Position numbers and translations under genes: made by a program. This document shows positions 37,384 to 50,649 of a DNA stretch of 64,000 nt, piece by piece (within the stretch, counting starts at the first letter, position 1; every line of letters begins with the position of its first letter). A model generated the notes under the pieces. It was given only the letters and a program-made list of their open reading frames with translations. It was not told where the DNA came from and did not search any database. The DNA comes from Macrostomum hystrix (Eukaryota; Animalia; Platyhelminthes), in the NCBI GenBank assembly GCA_950097015.1, contig CATNEN010000039.1:3534001-3598000 (forward strand), given 5' to 3'.

Positions 37384-38493
37384 ATGAGATCGCCTCTTCG
37401 CTTCCGCCGATCGCACTTGATAGTGGCTTTGGTGCTTGCAACATTTGCTGTTCTTGGTCTTCTCAATAGCATCATGTCCACTCCGTTAAGATTGCCGCAG
37501 TATCTAGTCAACGAGCGGCTCAACGGCACACCCAGGATTTCCTTCGCAACGCAATACTTTGGCGAATGGTCAGGCTGGGTGCCCTACGAGAGACAGTGGC
37601 TGGAAGAGGCGCAACAGGCGTGCGGCTTTGCCTGCGACATTGTGCTCGACCCAACATACGCTGATGCTGTTCTATTCCACGGACGCGATCTGCCGCCGAG
37701 AGCTCCAACGATGACTCAAAGTCGCTGGCAGCACTGGGTGTATCTCAACATGGAGTCTCCGATGGCAACCAAGTTCCGCGGATATGACGTCTCGTACAAT
37801 CCGGCCTACCGGTTCCTATTCAACTGGAGCGCCACCACAATGCTGGACAGTTCGGTGGTCATGCCCTACGCAACTTGGATCCTACGCGAAAAACCGATTG
37901 AAGGTCCGTTCTACTCGCCGGCGAAGAAGCGCCACATGGCCTACATCACATTCTCGAACTGCCATGCCTTCAATAGCCGCACCGCAAAGGTGAAAGAGCT
38001 CAAGAACTACCTCAATGTGCATGTGTACGGTGAGTGCGGTGACAGATCGCTGCCGGAGGACAAAAATGTGTGGCGACAGATCTCGGAGCAGTACCGATTC
38101 TACCTGAGCTTTGAGAACGCATTCTGTCGCGACTACATCACAGAGAAGTTTCACAACAACGGTCTGGACTCTCAGGCGGTCCCGGTGGTCTTCGGCGGTC
38201 TGTCGCGCACCGACTACGAGCGTGTGAGTCCGCCGCACTCGTTCGTGTACGCGCTGGACTTTCCGAGCATGCGGCAGCTGGCCGAGCACCTGAAGCAGCT
38301 GGCGGCTGATGAGGCTCGCTACGCCAGCTACCACGAGTGGAAGCGGCGCTTCACGATTTTGCCCCGCTCCTCCCTGCTGTGCGGCATTTGCACCAGGCTG
38401 CACAAGGACCGCTCGCCAGCAGTGTTCGACCTGAGCCGCTACTATGATGTTCAGCGGAATTGCCGCCCCCGCAACTACAGGTATCTTGAGTGA
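37384..38493 (+). CDS. Alpha-1,3-fucosyltransferase (GT10 family), single coding exon, type II membrane protein
   Basis: N-terminal TM helix (LIVALVLATFAVLGLL), ADAVLFH, MESP, FNWSAT, YRFYLSFENAFCRDYITEKF GT10 motif; acceptor TACAG ends at 37380. Confidence 0.93.
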   Translation: MRSPLRFRRSHLIVALVLATFAVLGLLNSIMSTPLRLPQYLVNERLNGTPRISFATQYFGEWSGWVPYERQWLEEAQQACGFACDIVLDPTYADAVLFHGRDLPPRAPTMTQSRWQHWVYLNMESPMATKFRGYDVSYNPAYRFLFNWSATTMLDSSVVMPYATWILREKPIEGPFYSPAKKRHMAYITFSNCHAFNSRTAKVKELKNYLNVHVYGECGDRSLPEDKNVWRQISEQYRFYLSFENAFCRDYITEKFHNNGLDSQAVPVVFGGLSRTDYERVSPPHSFVYALDFPSMRQLAEHLKQLAADEARYASYHEWKRRFTILPRSSLLCGICTRLHKDRSPAVFDLSRYYDVQRNCRPRNYRYLE

Positions 38494-41263
38494 GCCGCCG
38501 AATATTTTTATATTGTTTCGCAGGAATGAGCCGAGCAGATCCTGCAGGCAGTTTTCCCGTCGAGATTTGCCCGCAATGTGCTTTTTTGTCATTCGACTCA
38601 TCCGCTGGGTAGTTGTTTTCATGTCGATTAAAGTCTTCATTAAATTTTGAATCGATAACGCTTGAAGAAATGCTCGAAAACAGTTAAAAAAGAAAAACGC
38701 TTTTAGCTATGCTCTACATATTTTTCTAGTTCTGATTCGAATAACTGTTGCAGCTATGCTGGAAAATTTTTGTTGGTTTCCAATATAAAAAATACTGCAA
38801 CAGCAATTTATGCTCAAACCGTCTTCATTTATTTTTTAATCCTATATTGAATTTTGCTTGCAAGAATGCTTCTTATAGTATTTCTTTTATTTCTTAATCT
38901 AAAAACGCTGGCAGTTACGAGCGATTGCTTGAAAATTCTTTCCACATTTTTGTAGCGAATAAAATTTGCGGCTGCACTCGAAAAATAAAAGTTTTTCTTT
39001 TCTCAGAGCGAGAAGAGTAATTAAGCTAAAAAATAGCTCTTACTATTAACACTAAGTTGTACCCAAAAATCTTAAAGTATAATAATACACTTATACGAGC
39101 CGTATACTTACGTATTTAACTGTTGGTGATAGAAGATTACTAAATATACGAGTGTAATAAGTCCTTGGTGTAAGTGGTAGCAAATAAATCCTACTCAATG
39201 TTTACGGATACGTATCGTGCTACCCCTTCGTTAACCATGCGACCCTCTCGATAAATAATCCAATCCTTTCGATAATACACTCCAAAACTTTCGATAAATC
39301 ATTTTACCCCCTTGATAATTTATTCAAGCCAGTTGATAAATCATTTTACCCCCTTGATAAATTATGCTTCACACTCGATAATTCATGCTTCCACATCGAG
39401 AATTCATGCCCTGGAAATCTCATGCTTTTTCATGGAAATCTACGTTTATTATTTTTTTCATAAATCTTATGTCATTTACCTAATACCAATTATGCTTTCC
39501 CCCGGAAATCTCATGCTATCCCCCTAGAAATATCATGCCTTCTCCTATATAATGCTTTTATAATAAATAATACCAGATGCTATCCATTGATATAACTTTA
39601 CAGAGCTATATTCTTTACTCTCGTGTTTTCCTTTGTTGAATTCTTCTGCTCTCAGAATATGGAGCAAATAATGCTAGCTGCTATGCTCAAAAAACGCTTA
39701 ACTTATTAAAAATAGTAAGGCTTTATGGTACCCTCAAAACAATTTCTTTTGCTTTTAAGCTAATTGCAGCAATAGTAGAAAAACTTTTCATATAATAACG
39801 ATTGCAGCAATCCTCAAAAAGTGTTCTCTGGCGTTAATTCCTTGTTATAGAATTGGGATAACAGTTGTGCTAAAAACGTTACAATTTAAAAAGAACAACG
39901 CTAATAGCTTTGCTTCAAATATTGTCTTTCTAATGTAGTTTTAGATTTGATATTACGCTTGCAGCTATGCTCAAAAATCTCTCCTTAGTTTTATACTGAA
40001 TAACGCTTGCTGAGACTCATGAAATACTCTATTTTTCTCACTATACTAATACTCGTACCTAAAAAGAGATTAATAAAAATCTAAATACTTACGGCTCGTA
40101 CTAATAATTATGCATAACAATAATTAGCTACCCCCGATACATCGTGCTACCCGATGTACTACTACGTGCTACTACTCAATACTTCATGCTACCCCCTAAA
40201 TAAATTATTCAATCCTTTTGAAAAAACGTGCTATACCCTCAAATTATTATATTATCCCATGGAAATCTCATTGTTTGTCTTAGAAATCTCATGCAATCTC
40301 TTCAAGAAATCATTATATTCCCTAGATATCTAATGCTTTTATTCACGAATTCCTGTTCTGTGCTACTAACGCACTAACGCGCGGGCGAGAAAAAGCGCAG
40401 ATGCAGAATTAGACTGACAATGTGGGGCCCTATTTCTACAGATGAAAAATTGACCTTAAAAGTGCAGCAGAAAATGACAGTTTTTCCTAATATTTAATGC
40501 CTTTAGAATGAAGCAAATGCTTAGAAAATTTACATGTACCATCTCGTTAATAAGGCGAATATTTTAGTGACTAGCGCTAGAACAACGACAATAACACTTT
40601 TTTACATTGAGTGAATTAACACATCCCTGTAAAAAATTCGGCTGCTTCTTCGGCGATTTTTTTGTGCAAAATAGGAGTGGAATCTACCAAAATCCCCCAA
40701 TCTCGCAAGAGTTAAAGAAACCACCCAGGAAGCAGCCGATGTGATCGTAAAGTGTGCGGAAACCGCCGAAAAATCATCCGGGCCAGTGGCCCATGGGACA
40801 ACCAAAGAATCCTTTACGGTCGATTCCTCGGCGGTTTCTGAGCATGGAATCTCACGAACTGGAGGATTCTTTGGGTGATTCCATTTCGCCACCAAGAAGC
40901 ACCGAGAAACCGCCTAGTTGGGTAGATTCCAAGCATGGAATGATCCGATTGGTCTGTTTCCAGCGTTCGGCTGTTTCTTTTTCTGGAAACACCGCAGATT
41001 CCAACTGGAATCACCTAAAGAAACATCCAATTTTTGTTAGCGGGACATATAAAGTTTAGTATATTATATAATATTATATTACAAATATGTCGAGTAGTTA
41101 AGACTAAAAATCAGCCGTGGATAAATGGGTGCGTCAGAATGCAAAAACGTGTAAATCAGAAACAAACAAAACCAAAATCTTTGCAGTCATCAATTAGTCT
41201 ATTACACAAACAGCAGGCGCCTACAAAGTTGCAGAGGCAACCTGCATCTACCGGTGAAATGCT

Positions 41264-44200
41264 TCAATAGCCGTCGTCAGACGCATCATCGTACGAGAAG
41301 TCATCATGGTCTTCGTAATCGTCTTCTTCGTCATCTTCGTCATCAAAGAACTCGTCGTCATCATAGTCGCCGTCGAAGTCCGGATCTTCGAAGAGGTCAA
41401 AAAACTGGTTGGGCTCGCAGCCGCGGTCCGCAGCCGCCAGCAGCCTCGATACATTCAAAGCTGCGGGGTCGATCCAAGCTCCTGGCAGGCGCAACGGCGG
41501 TGGCGGCGGCAGCGCAGCCGAAGAGACCGCGCCATCGGCCAGAGCCCAGTCGTTGTCGAACCATTTCCGATGATTCAGCGGCACAGCCGGCGGTAACTGC
41601 AGCGCGGGGCCAAACGCGGACCGCTGGTCGCAGAACACGACTGGCCGCGACAGGTGCATGGACTCGAGCTGGTCCTGGGAAATGGGCAAGCAGGCATTTC
41701 AATCTCAACTCTATCCCGTAAGCGGAGCAGAGCAACAAATCTCCCTTTAATCTAGCAACAAATCTCCCTTCAATCTAGCAACCAATCTCCCTTCAATCTA
41801 GCAACAAATCTCCCTTCAATCTAGCAACAAATCTCCCTTCAATCTAGCAACAAATCTCCCTTCAATCTAGCAACAAATCTCCCTTCAATCTAGCAATAAA
41901 TCTCCCTTCAATCTAGCAACAAATCTCCCTTCAATCTAGCAATAAATCTCCCCTCAATCTAGCAACAAATCTCCCTTCAATCTAGCAACAAATCTCCCTT
42001 CAATCTAGCAACAAATCTCCCTTCAATCTAGCAACAAATCTCCCTTCAATCTAGCAATAAATCTCCCTTCAATCTAGCAATAAATCTCCCTTCAATCTAG
42101 CAACAAATCTCCCTTCAATCTAGCAACAAATCTCCCTTCAATCTAGCAACAAATCTCCCTTCAATCTAGCAATAAATCTCCCCTCAATCTAGCAATAAAT
42201 CTCCCTTCAATCTAGCAACAAATCTCCCTTCAATCTAGCAATAAATCTCCCTTCAATCTAGCAATAAATCTCCCTTCAATCTAGCAATAAATCTCCCTTC
42301 AATCTAGCAACAAATCTCCCTTCAATCTAGCAATAAATCTCCATTCAATCTAGCAATAAATCTCCCTTCAATCTTGCAATAAATCTCCCTTTAATCTAGC
42401 AATAAATCTCCATTCAATCTAGCAATAAACCTCCCTTCAATCTTGCAATAAAGCTCCCTTCAAAATAGCAGTATCTCTCCCTCGAACGATTTTATATATA
42501 ATAAATTGTTTAGAAAATGCACGAAAGTGTTTAAAAGGATCAGTGACCATGAGAGACAAAATTTCACTGACAAGATATAACTGGGTTTGATCATAGCGCT
42601 TTTTAATCAGACTCTTGCCCTTACATTGCCCCGACAGTGGGAGAAAAGTGATTTTCGATAAAATGGATTTGCTCATCGCCAAGCCAGCAGTTTGAGTTAC
42701 TAGACAATCTACTCACGTGACTAATCGGCACGCTGACACCGTGGCACTCGATAAACAGAGTGACAGCAGGGGCAGCGGTGGTGGCGGCAGCAGAGGCGGG
42801 AATCGCCACCGAGTCGGTCCGCCGCAGGCTGTCGGCAATCTCGTCCAGACTCGGCAGGCCAACGCAGTAGGACAGGTCCAGGCTGCGCAGGTGCCTCAGG
42901 GACAGCAGCCGCTGCAGGTAGGCGAGCCGCAGGGGCTGGCCCAGTCTGGGGCAGGAGGCAGCCGCCAGCTCCTCGAGGCCGGGCGGCGGCAGGCGGTCGG
43001 AGACGCCCAGGTCGAATTCGGTGCAGGAGACGCGCAGGCGGAGCAGCCGTCGACAGTCGGCCAAAGCCACGAAGCCGGTGGGGCTGATGCGGCTACAGTG
43101 CGTCAGGCAGAGAACGCGGAGGCTGCCGGATAGCTGGCGGCTGATTACCTGCAGGCTGGTGTCGTCCACCTGCACAAATTGAGGCAGAGTCAGGTGGCAA
43201 TAACCATCAATATATGCATATTTTTCTGCTCACAAAATTTCATTCTTTAACAGTAGAACTATACAGACAATTTTTTGCGCTGCACCCAAACGGAACAACG
43301 CAAGCCCACGAAACTCAAGAACACGGGCTAACTTTTTGTTGCGAATCTTCTGAAACAAATAATCAAGTCGCCAGCTTTTCAGACCGTCGAGACATTCAAT
43401 GTTTCTGGCCGAAGGTCAGATTTTTCCCATAAGCGCTAGTGTATTTCATACATCCCTATACACAAATTAGCACTGCGCCTCAGTCCGGCCTTGCCAGGCC
43501 TTTAAAATTTATCGGCATGTCACCCGAATGTGCCTGCATCATCTCCGTTTTCAGTGGTCACCTACCTTTATCTAGACGGACTGCTGGACCTACAAGGGCT
43601 ACAACAGGTGGAAATAGGCCACTATGGACACCCTGTCGCGAATTTCTTAAATTTCACTGATTAAGCCTGAATATGAGGCGCAACTCAGCCACAGTACACC
43701 ATCGTCCAGTCTCTTAACCAATCAGCTGACATGGATTGGTCATAGAAGTTAATACAATGTTTAATGTTAGTTGTCCTTGTCACCAGGGACTTCGACAAGA
43801 ATCGCTGAATATCACGACGATGCTGACTCGGACGGCTTTAAAAGTTCATCGTAAAGGGTGGTAAATTTTGATCCAGATGCTGGACTTTCACGAAAATCGG
43901 TCTTTCGGTTTGGGAGCTATCGTGAAGTAAGTAGTGGTATTTGAAATTCGAAATTTGACCTTCGTGGTCATTCCACGAAATAGCGTGGTCTTTCTACTGT
44001 TGAGACTTTCTACTGTTCTACTTAAAGAACGTATTCTGCTTCCTACGGAGATGTATTCCCCGTGCTCACAAAGATCCGCCAGCCCGAATTCAAATATCCT
44101 TCCAGCCCATGACGGAAATCGGCAAATCACAGCCGCAGAGCAGCTGACAACTTTAAGCTGCTGGCGCACGAACCCCGGATATGTCTATCTTTACCGACGG

Positions 44201-46794
44201 ATCGGACCCGGACAGGGCTGGTGGCAGCCGGGTCGTCATCGACCGCAAGACGCCCGACAACAATGTGGCTGAACCCATCCAGATGATCGGAGCCTCTGAC
44301 CAGCAGGCCTTCTCGCTCCGGGCCATCCTAAAGTGCGATCATCGCCTCTGACAGGCAAAAGCTGGCTGGCGGGGAAGGTCAACAAGGTAGGAGCACGCAA
44401 GTAATTGCTATCCCGTAGACATCTGGACGCGGCAGCGGGGATGGCCCGCGGACCTTCGGCAAGAAGAAGCGGATAGCTCGTATGGACGAGGAGAATTTGA
44501 AGCATGCTCGAGCCATTAAAATGTACGGCCTACAGCAGCCAGGGGGATGTCGTCAGCTATCATCGCTTTTCTATCGGTCACTCAATAAAAAACAAGCCAC
44601 AGCAGACGGCTGTTCCTCACCGAAGTGTTCGTCAGCATGAGACAGGAGACACTGCTGAAGGCGCCGAGAGCCGCAAGCCAGCGTTCGCTACGCCTGATCG
44701 GCCCGATGTCCGTCTGCAGCCGGCCGAAGAAGCCGCCATGCGAAGGCAGTTCAATGTGGAAAGCGGAGCTGGTCACGTCGCGGCCGGCAAAGTCGGCAAC
44801 GCAGAGGGCGGACAGCCGGGAGAAGAGCTCGGCGGGCTGCCAGTCCAGCCAAGGCTTTACGGCGAAAGCGCCGTGACCGCCGCCAACTCCAAAGCGACCA
44901 GCAGCGGTGGAGTGGGGCTGGGCTACGCTGATCAGAAGGCGGCGAAGCGACTGGCAGCAAGCGGAGTCGGCGAGGCGGCGAAGCGGACGGGGCGAGACGA
45001 GCCCGACAAGCTCCAGTGTGGTCAAACGGCTAGTCAGGAAGTAAAAACACCGACCGGTCAGGGCCGCCGCGGGAATGCGCAGCTCCTCCAGGGTGGGGGC
45101 TACGGCCTGCGATAAACAAGTGGGTGGTAAGGGAGATTGGGTGATGAGGGATGCTAGGTGATGAGGGAGACTGGGCGATGAAGGAGACTAGGCGATGAGG
45201 GAGACTAGGCGATGAAGAAGAATGGGTGATGGGTGATGAGGGAGACTGGGTGATAGGTGATCAGGGAGACAGGTGATGAGGGATACTGGGCGATAAGTGC
45301 GACTGGGTAATTAAGGGAGACTGGGTAATGACGGAGACTCGGTGATGAGGGAGACTGGGCGATGAGGGAGAGTTGGACTGGGTAATGACGGAGATTGAGT
45401 GATAAGGAAGGAATGGGCGATGAGGGAGGCTGGGGTAAATGTAGCGGAATGAGATAGTAAACCAAAGTGCCGACCTTCAGCAGGTGCCACATGGCGTCCT
45501 CGCCGATTTCGCACTCATCCCCACCGCGCCCAGTGCCTGCAGAGCCGCTGCAGACAAACTGACGCGGCGGCGGCGGAGCCACCAGGCGGAGTCGCGCGAG
45601 GCGGGGCAGGCCGACCCTGGCAGCCGAGCGGCAGTCGGCAACGTTGAGTCGCACGGGGACGAGTTCGAGAGTCTCCAGGCTCGGGAATTGCCGAGCAATC
45701 TCAGCCAGTAGGCTGCCCGTGACGCAGCTGCGGGGATAATCAGTCAAGCTGATCGTCAAGCTGCTCAGCGTTGATGGCAGCTGTCGGAGGAGCCGAATGC
45801 AGCGGGCATCAGTCAGGTCAGGCGAGGAAAGAGGAAAACCGCGTCGAAACAGGCTGCCGTCTATGCGAAACTGCCTGGTGGCTGCCAGAGCAAGGTGAAC
45901 CCGCTGGTAGCTGCAGCTGCACACTTCCTAGGGATTTGAGGTGGGATTTGAGACTGATTGGTGCCTTGAACTCCTCCTCGGTCTGAGGCTACCTGGTGCT
46001 TCCTTCTGGAGATTTAAGCTTATCACAAGGGGACATTAACTAGTCTAGGTAGTTTTTAAATTAGGGGGGTGAGTGGCAAAGTGGTCTAACGCGCTTGCCT
46101 CTCGCACCAAGGTCCCTGGGCTCGACGAGGGCACATTCATTTTGGGCTGAGAGAAGGCTTCGGGGGGTTGTCCTGCAATTTACTCCATCCGAGGACCAAC
46201 CTCCAAGACACAGTGAGACTGTACACTGCCTGACGATGAGAAAGTGTGTGCCTGCATCTGTGTGCGTTTGAGTGTGTGCTCAGTGGAATGGGCAGAACTG
46301 CCTCCTCGCTGGCTGCGGGTCTACAGTCACCAAATGATGTGCCATTGAACTAACAAGGATTCGAGGAACCAAGAGTTAGGATGGGAACTCACCAGCAGGG
46401 TGAACCAGTCCTTCACTGAGAGCCGCTCCAGAATGGCGCGGAAGGCCATGGGGTTTAGCAGGGACAGGGCGCACTGGGCCGCGTGCTCCATCCGACGAGC
46501 GGCAGCTGCATCGGCGCGAGACTCAGCGGCCTCATCGGCTTCATCCTCGGCAGCGCTCGCCGTGTCAGCCGGCTGCAGGCGTAGGCGCTCATAGAATGGC
46601 GACATTCGCAACAGATTGCAGCGACGGCGGGGCAGCTTCGCATGGTCTGGGGCTCGGCGGCCGCAGGAGGCTCCGTGCAGCACCAGCTGATGAGGCTCAG
46701 CTGCCAGGCAGGATGTGGCAGACTGTGGCAGAGCGAATTCTATCACCGCGCCGCCTGTCAGCCGGCTGCTGAAGCTTGTTCGCCGTCGCCTCAT
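41264..46794 (-). CDS. F-box/leucine-rich-repeat-like protein with acidic C-terminal tail; exons 46794(or 46605)-46393, 45927-45475, 45106-44621, 43169-42717, 41674-41264
   Basis: Four GT..AG phase-0 introns join open frames; F-box-like LSLLNPMAFRAILERLSVKDWFTLL; LRR-like LETLEL, LEELRI, LRVLCLTHC, LRSLDLSYC; D/E/Y-rich tail. Start codon uncertain. Confidence 0.72.
41732..42463. repeat. 23-bp intronic minisatellite (AATCTAGCAACAAATCTCCCTTC, ~31 copies)
   Basis: Directly visible in the last intron of the LRR gene. Confidence 0.95.
43266..43726 (+). repeat. Dispersed ~460-bp repeat, copy A (intronic)
   Basis: Reverse complement aligns to 48876-49345. Confidence 0.85.
45128..45435. repeat. Degenerate ~17-bp G-rich tandem repeat (GGGAGACTGGGCGATGA) in LRR-gene intron 2
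   Basis: Directly visible. Confidence 0.8.
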
Positions 46795-47667
46795 TAGACG
46801 CAGGCTAGACAGTGGGCCGAACTGCTCAGTCAGGTGGCTGCGCAGCCATGCCTTTGTTGTCTATGGCCGAGATTGGATTGGCTAGGATTAGTGCGCTGGA
46901 TGCATGAGATCTATTGCAGCTTGGGCTGGGTGTTATTTTTAGCATTGGCTTAATGGGATAGTTAGATTAGATATGTAGTAATTTATAGGGTCTATAACAG
47001 GTGATAAATGCAATCTGAGGCATGATATATTTTGGATCTGTACAAGCAGTAAGAATTTATTTGACTAGCTATTCATTAATCTATAGCAAAATGACCATCA
47101 AGTTACTTACAGACTCTAGAATATTATCAACAAACACTTTTGTTGTAGACAATACAAATTTTTCCTTGTCGTTGTGAGTTCTCTAAAATAAATTTAATTA
47201 TATATACTATTTAGTTATTCAGGTTAAAAAGCAACCTTAGCAGTTACTGAGCTATCTATTACAATCACATACCTTATGAAGTTCCATCCAGTCATATGGC
47301 TTCATGGGAATTGAATTCTTTTCCATAGTCTTACAGGTAATAGTGTTGTCTCCATCAGGACAAACTAAGCCACTTTGATCAGCTATTATAGATATAGATG
47401 TGTTTGCAGTTGGCATAGAAGTGGCCATTTTGGTAAATAATTATTTTCTATCCTGAAACACAAGAAAATATTTACATTTTTATTATTATGAATATAAACT
47501 AAGAAAATTATAAAAAGAGCCAAGAATTTCTATCCCCTAGCTATTTACAGATTTTAGTTAGGCAGTGGCTAGAGATCTTGCACCAGACATAGGGCCTAAA
47601 TGTTAAATTGTTAGAGTTCCACCATTTTTTCTTAAAAAATGTTTTGTAGCTTTAGTTAATAAGCAGG

Positions 47668-47726
47668 GTCAGCTCAGTTGGTAAAGCATGGGACTCTTGA
47701 TACTAGGGTCCTAGGATTGATCCCTA
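47668..47726 (+). pseudogene. Degenerate tRNA-Lys(CTT)-like sequence
   Basis: AGCTCAGTTGGTAAAGCATGGGACTCTTGAT..GGGTC..GGATTGATCCC resembles tRNA-Lys but the T-arm is broken. Confidence 0.5.
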
Positions 47727-48875
47727 AATATATATTTGCAGAAATCAGCCAAGACAAGTTGAACTTATAGAAGTCAGGATTACTTAATTTTAAATCTGAA
47801 TCAAACCAGTGCATAGTTATTTCCCACAGTTAAAATGTTTTAGAGTTGCGAAAAAAATTGTTGATATGTAATAAAATTTTGTATGCCAACCACAACTTAC
47901 TTTCTGTGTTCTCTGTGGCCAACATCATGTATGACATATGTCTAACATTATGTTAGACACTTTCAAAAGACTTATTATGTACCATTATGCTAAAGCTGCC
48001 TGCAATTTCTTCTTAAAGAACCAGAAGCTCTTAATTTGATTTGTGTATAGTATAGGTGCAGTAAATATATTCCACCAGAACTCTATCCATTTAAAATTTG
48101 GGTCAGGTGCCAGATCTCTAGCCACTGCCTTTTAGTTAACAATAACCAAAATAGCTGGGCCAAAAAAAGATGATGAATAGATTTATCCTCTGCTAGGCTA
48201 TTCAACTTAGCTAAAGAGTTCTCTGCTGCTGAGGGAACATATTTTTTACTGCTGTTTGGGGGACATTAGTTCTCTGCTGCCAGGTGGACATTAGTTAGGG
48301 TGCATTACACAAGATTTTTTTAACAGTAGTGCCCCCCCCAAGGTGGGCTTAGTGTGCTAGTTTGTTTGCTAAAAAGCGAAGTTTGTTAATTGATACAAAA
48401 ACAAACTGGGGAAAGGGGCGGGGACGAAATGAGAGCAGTCGCACCCCCAACTAATCACAACGCGCCAGTGGGGTACGAAGCCACTAATGCGCGATTCGGT
48501 GAGGATCGTTAACAACGGAACAGCCAATCGGATTTAAATAGAAAAAATCTGGAAGGGCTTACAAAAAGGGGATGACGCAGGGAAAATCAAAGAAAAGAGA
48601 AGAAAAGAAAAGAAAAGAAAGGGACAAAGAAGGACCCGGATAAGGGAAATTACACAATTACACAATTATACTATTACACAATTACCAACAATCACTAGTG
48701 TGGTCAACACACTGTAATTACGTAAGTCCTCATCGCCGACCAGAAAATAGCGGCTTATAAACGTTAAGTCTGCCTTAACAGTAGGACTACCAAGCCATTT
48801 TGCCGCCCGTTTTTATACCAAGGGGGGATTTCCCCCCATGAAAATGTTTTTGCCAGTGCCTGAATGCTTTGGGGT

Positions 48876-49345
48876 GACTGATTGGTTGACAGACTAGTCG
48901 AGGGTGTCCTGTGGTTGAGCTGCGCCTAATAGTTAGGCTTGAACAGTGAAATTGGAGAAATTCGCGTCAGGGTGTCCATAGTGGCCTAGTTCCACCTGTT
49001 GTAGCTCTTGAAGGTCTAGATAGACAAGAGAGATAGATCTAGATAAAGGTCGGTGACCACCGAAGTCGGAGATGATGCAAGCACATTCGGGTGACATGCT
49101 GATAAAGTTTGAAGGTCTGGAAAGGCCGCACTGAGGCGCAGTGCAAATTCGTGTATAGGGGTGTATGAAATACACTAGCTCTTATGGAAAAAATCGGACC
49201 TTCGGCCAGAAACATTGAATATCTCGACGGTCTGAAAAGCTGGCGACTTGTTTCTTGTTTCAGAAGATGCGCAACAAAAAGTTAGCCCGTGTTCTAGAGT
49301 TTCGCGTGCTTGCATTGTTCCCTTTGGGTGCAGCAAAAAAATTGT
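48876..49345 (-). repeat. Dispersed ~460-bp repeat, copy B (inverted relative to copy A)
   Basis: Aligns to 43266-43726 in reverse orientation. Confidence 0.85.
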
Positions 49346-50202
49346 CAGGGGGGGAATTCCCCCTGATTATTATAACGTTAATAAGATAGCCATAATAAGA
49401 TAGGTATAAGTTATTACCCACTTTTTTATTTATTTTGGCCGGGAACGTCTTCGGACATCGTTTATTTCGCCTCGGCCAATAAACGAGTCCTCAGCCGTTC
49501 CCGGCCATAGATAAGTCAAACAAGTGGGTGATAATGTATTTATTCCACAGTTGAAGCCAGATAATTGTCACCGGACCAGATAAATGTTTATCTGTCCCGG
49601 CCAGATAAATTTCAACGGCCAAATAAATACATTTATCTGGTCTATGGGCCAATCCAACTGGGGAATAAATAGCAATAATAAGAACAATAACGTTGTGTCC
49701 AATCGGCGCTCGCTGATTGGGTGTTAACACCCACCCCAGACACCCACCCCTCCGCTTTGAGCTGGGTTGTATTTCAGCCGGCGCCCGCGTACTGCCCAGC
49801 CTTGTCTCTTCGCGCTGCGTGGTGTGAAAATTTTTTTACTACAATGGCTGAGCTTCCAATTGACATTTACTATTCAATTGTTTTGTTTCTAAAGCAGCTA
49901 AAACAGCTCAAGATTAGTCAGAAGTAGCTTTGCTTTTTTTAATGCATCAGGGATAATTTTTCAAGAATACAAAAGAATACCAGGGCCGAGTTAAACCAGC
50001 TTCAAACACAACGGCCTTGGCGAGTAGTCGACTTGAGAAACACATGCACCACAGAATGAAATTTAGCTATTGTAATTCCCCCCCGCTGGTGGCTCGACTC
50101 TGTGCACCGCCTCCCCTGTCCCCTTGCTGTCAATATCTGCCCGTATCTGTACGATGTCTCGCACTATAAGAGGACCCAAATTCTAGAATTCTAGAAAGTC
50201 TA

Positions 50203-50262
50203 GAATCAAACCCTCGATCTTCAAGTCGTGAGTTCGACGCTCCGACCACTTGGCTACAACCC
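50203..50262 (-). other. tRNA-derived SINE head, related to 31601-31670
   Basis: Minus strand GGGTTGTAGCCAAGTGGTCGGAGCGTC...GGGTTTGATTC. Confidence 0.55.
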
Positions 50263-50649
50263 TTGAAGCGTCCCGATAAAAGTTAAAAGATAAGTTAAAG
50301 AAAATTAGTTAAAGAGTTAAAGAAAAGAAAGTTAAATGATAAAAGTTTGATATCACCCCTATATAGTTTCCTTTAATCTTATTAACTGATTAATCTTGTG
50401 AAAAACCGAAATAATTGTAAAATTCTTCCCACTACGATTACTGCATTTTCTGCAGACAGTGAATAGGAAATATAGATGCTGGCCTGAGTCGCGGACAATA
50501 CCTTTAGGCGGATGCTTAGTCAATTTTTTTGTGCTGCGAGATGAAACTCGCTTCGTATTTGCCTTCGAAGAAAGAGAAAATTGAAAGCAAAGGAAGTCTG
50601 CAAAGACAAACAATTCAGCTTCCGTCGATCATGACGTATTAATCGCCTG

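Noticed and set aside
44504-45115. 203-aa plus-strand ORF
   Set aside because: Antisense shadow of GC-rich exon 3 of the LRR gene.
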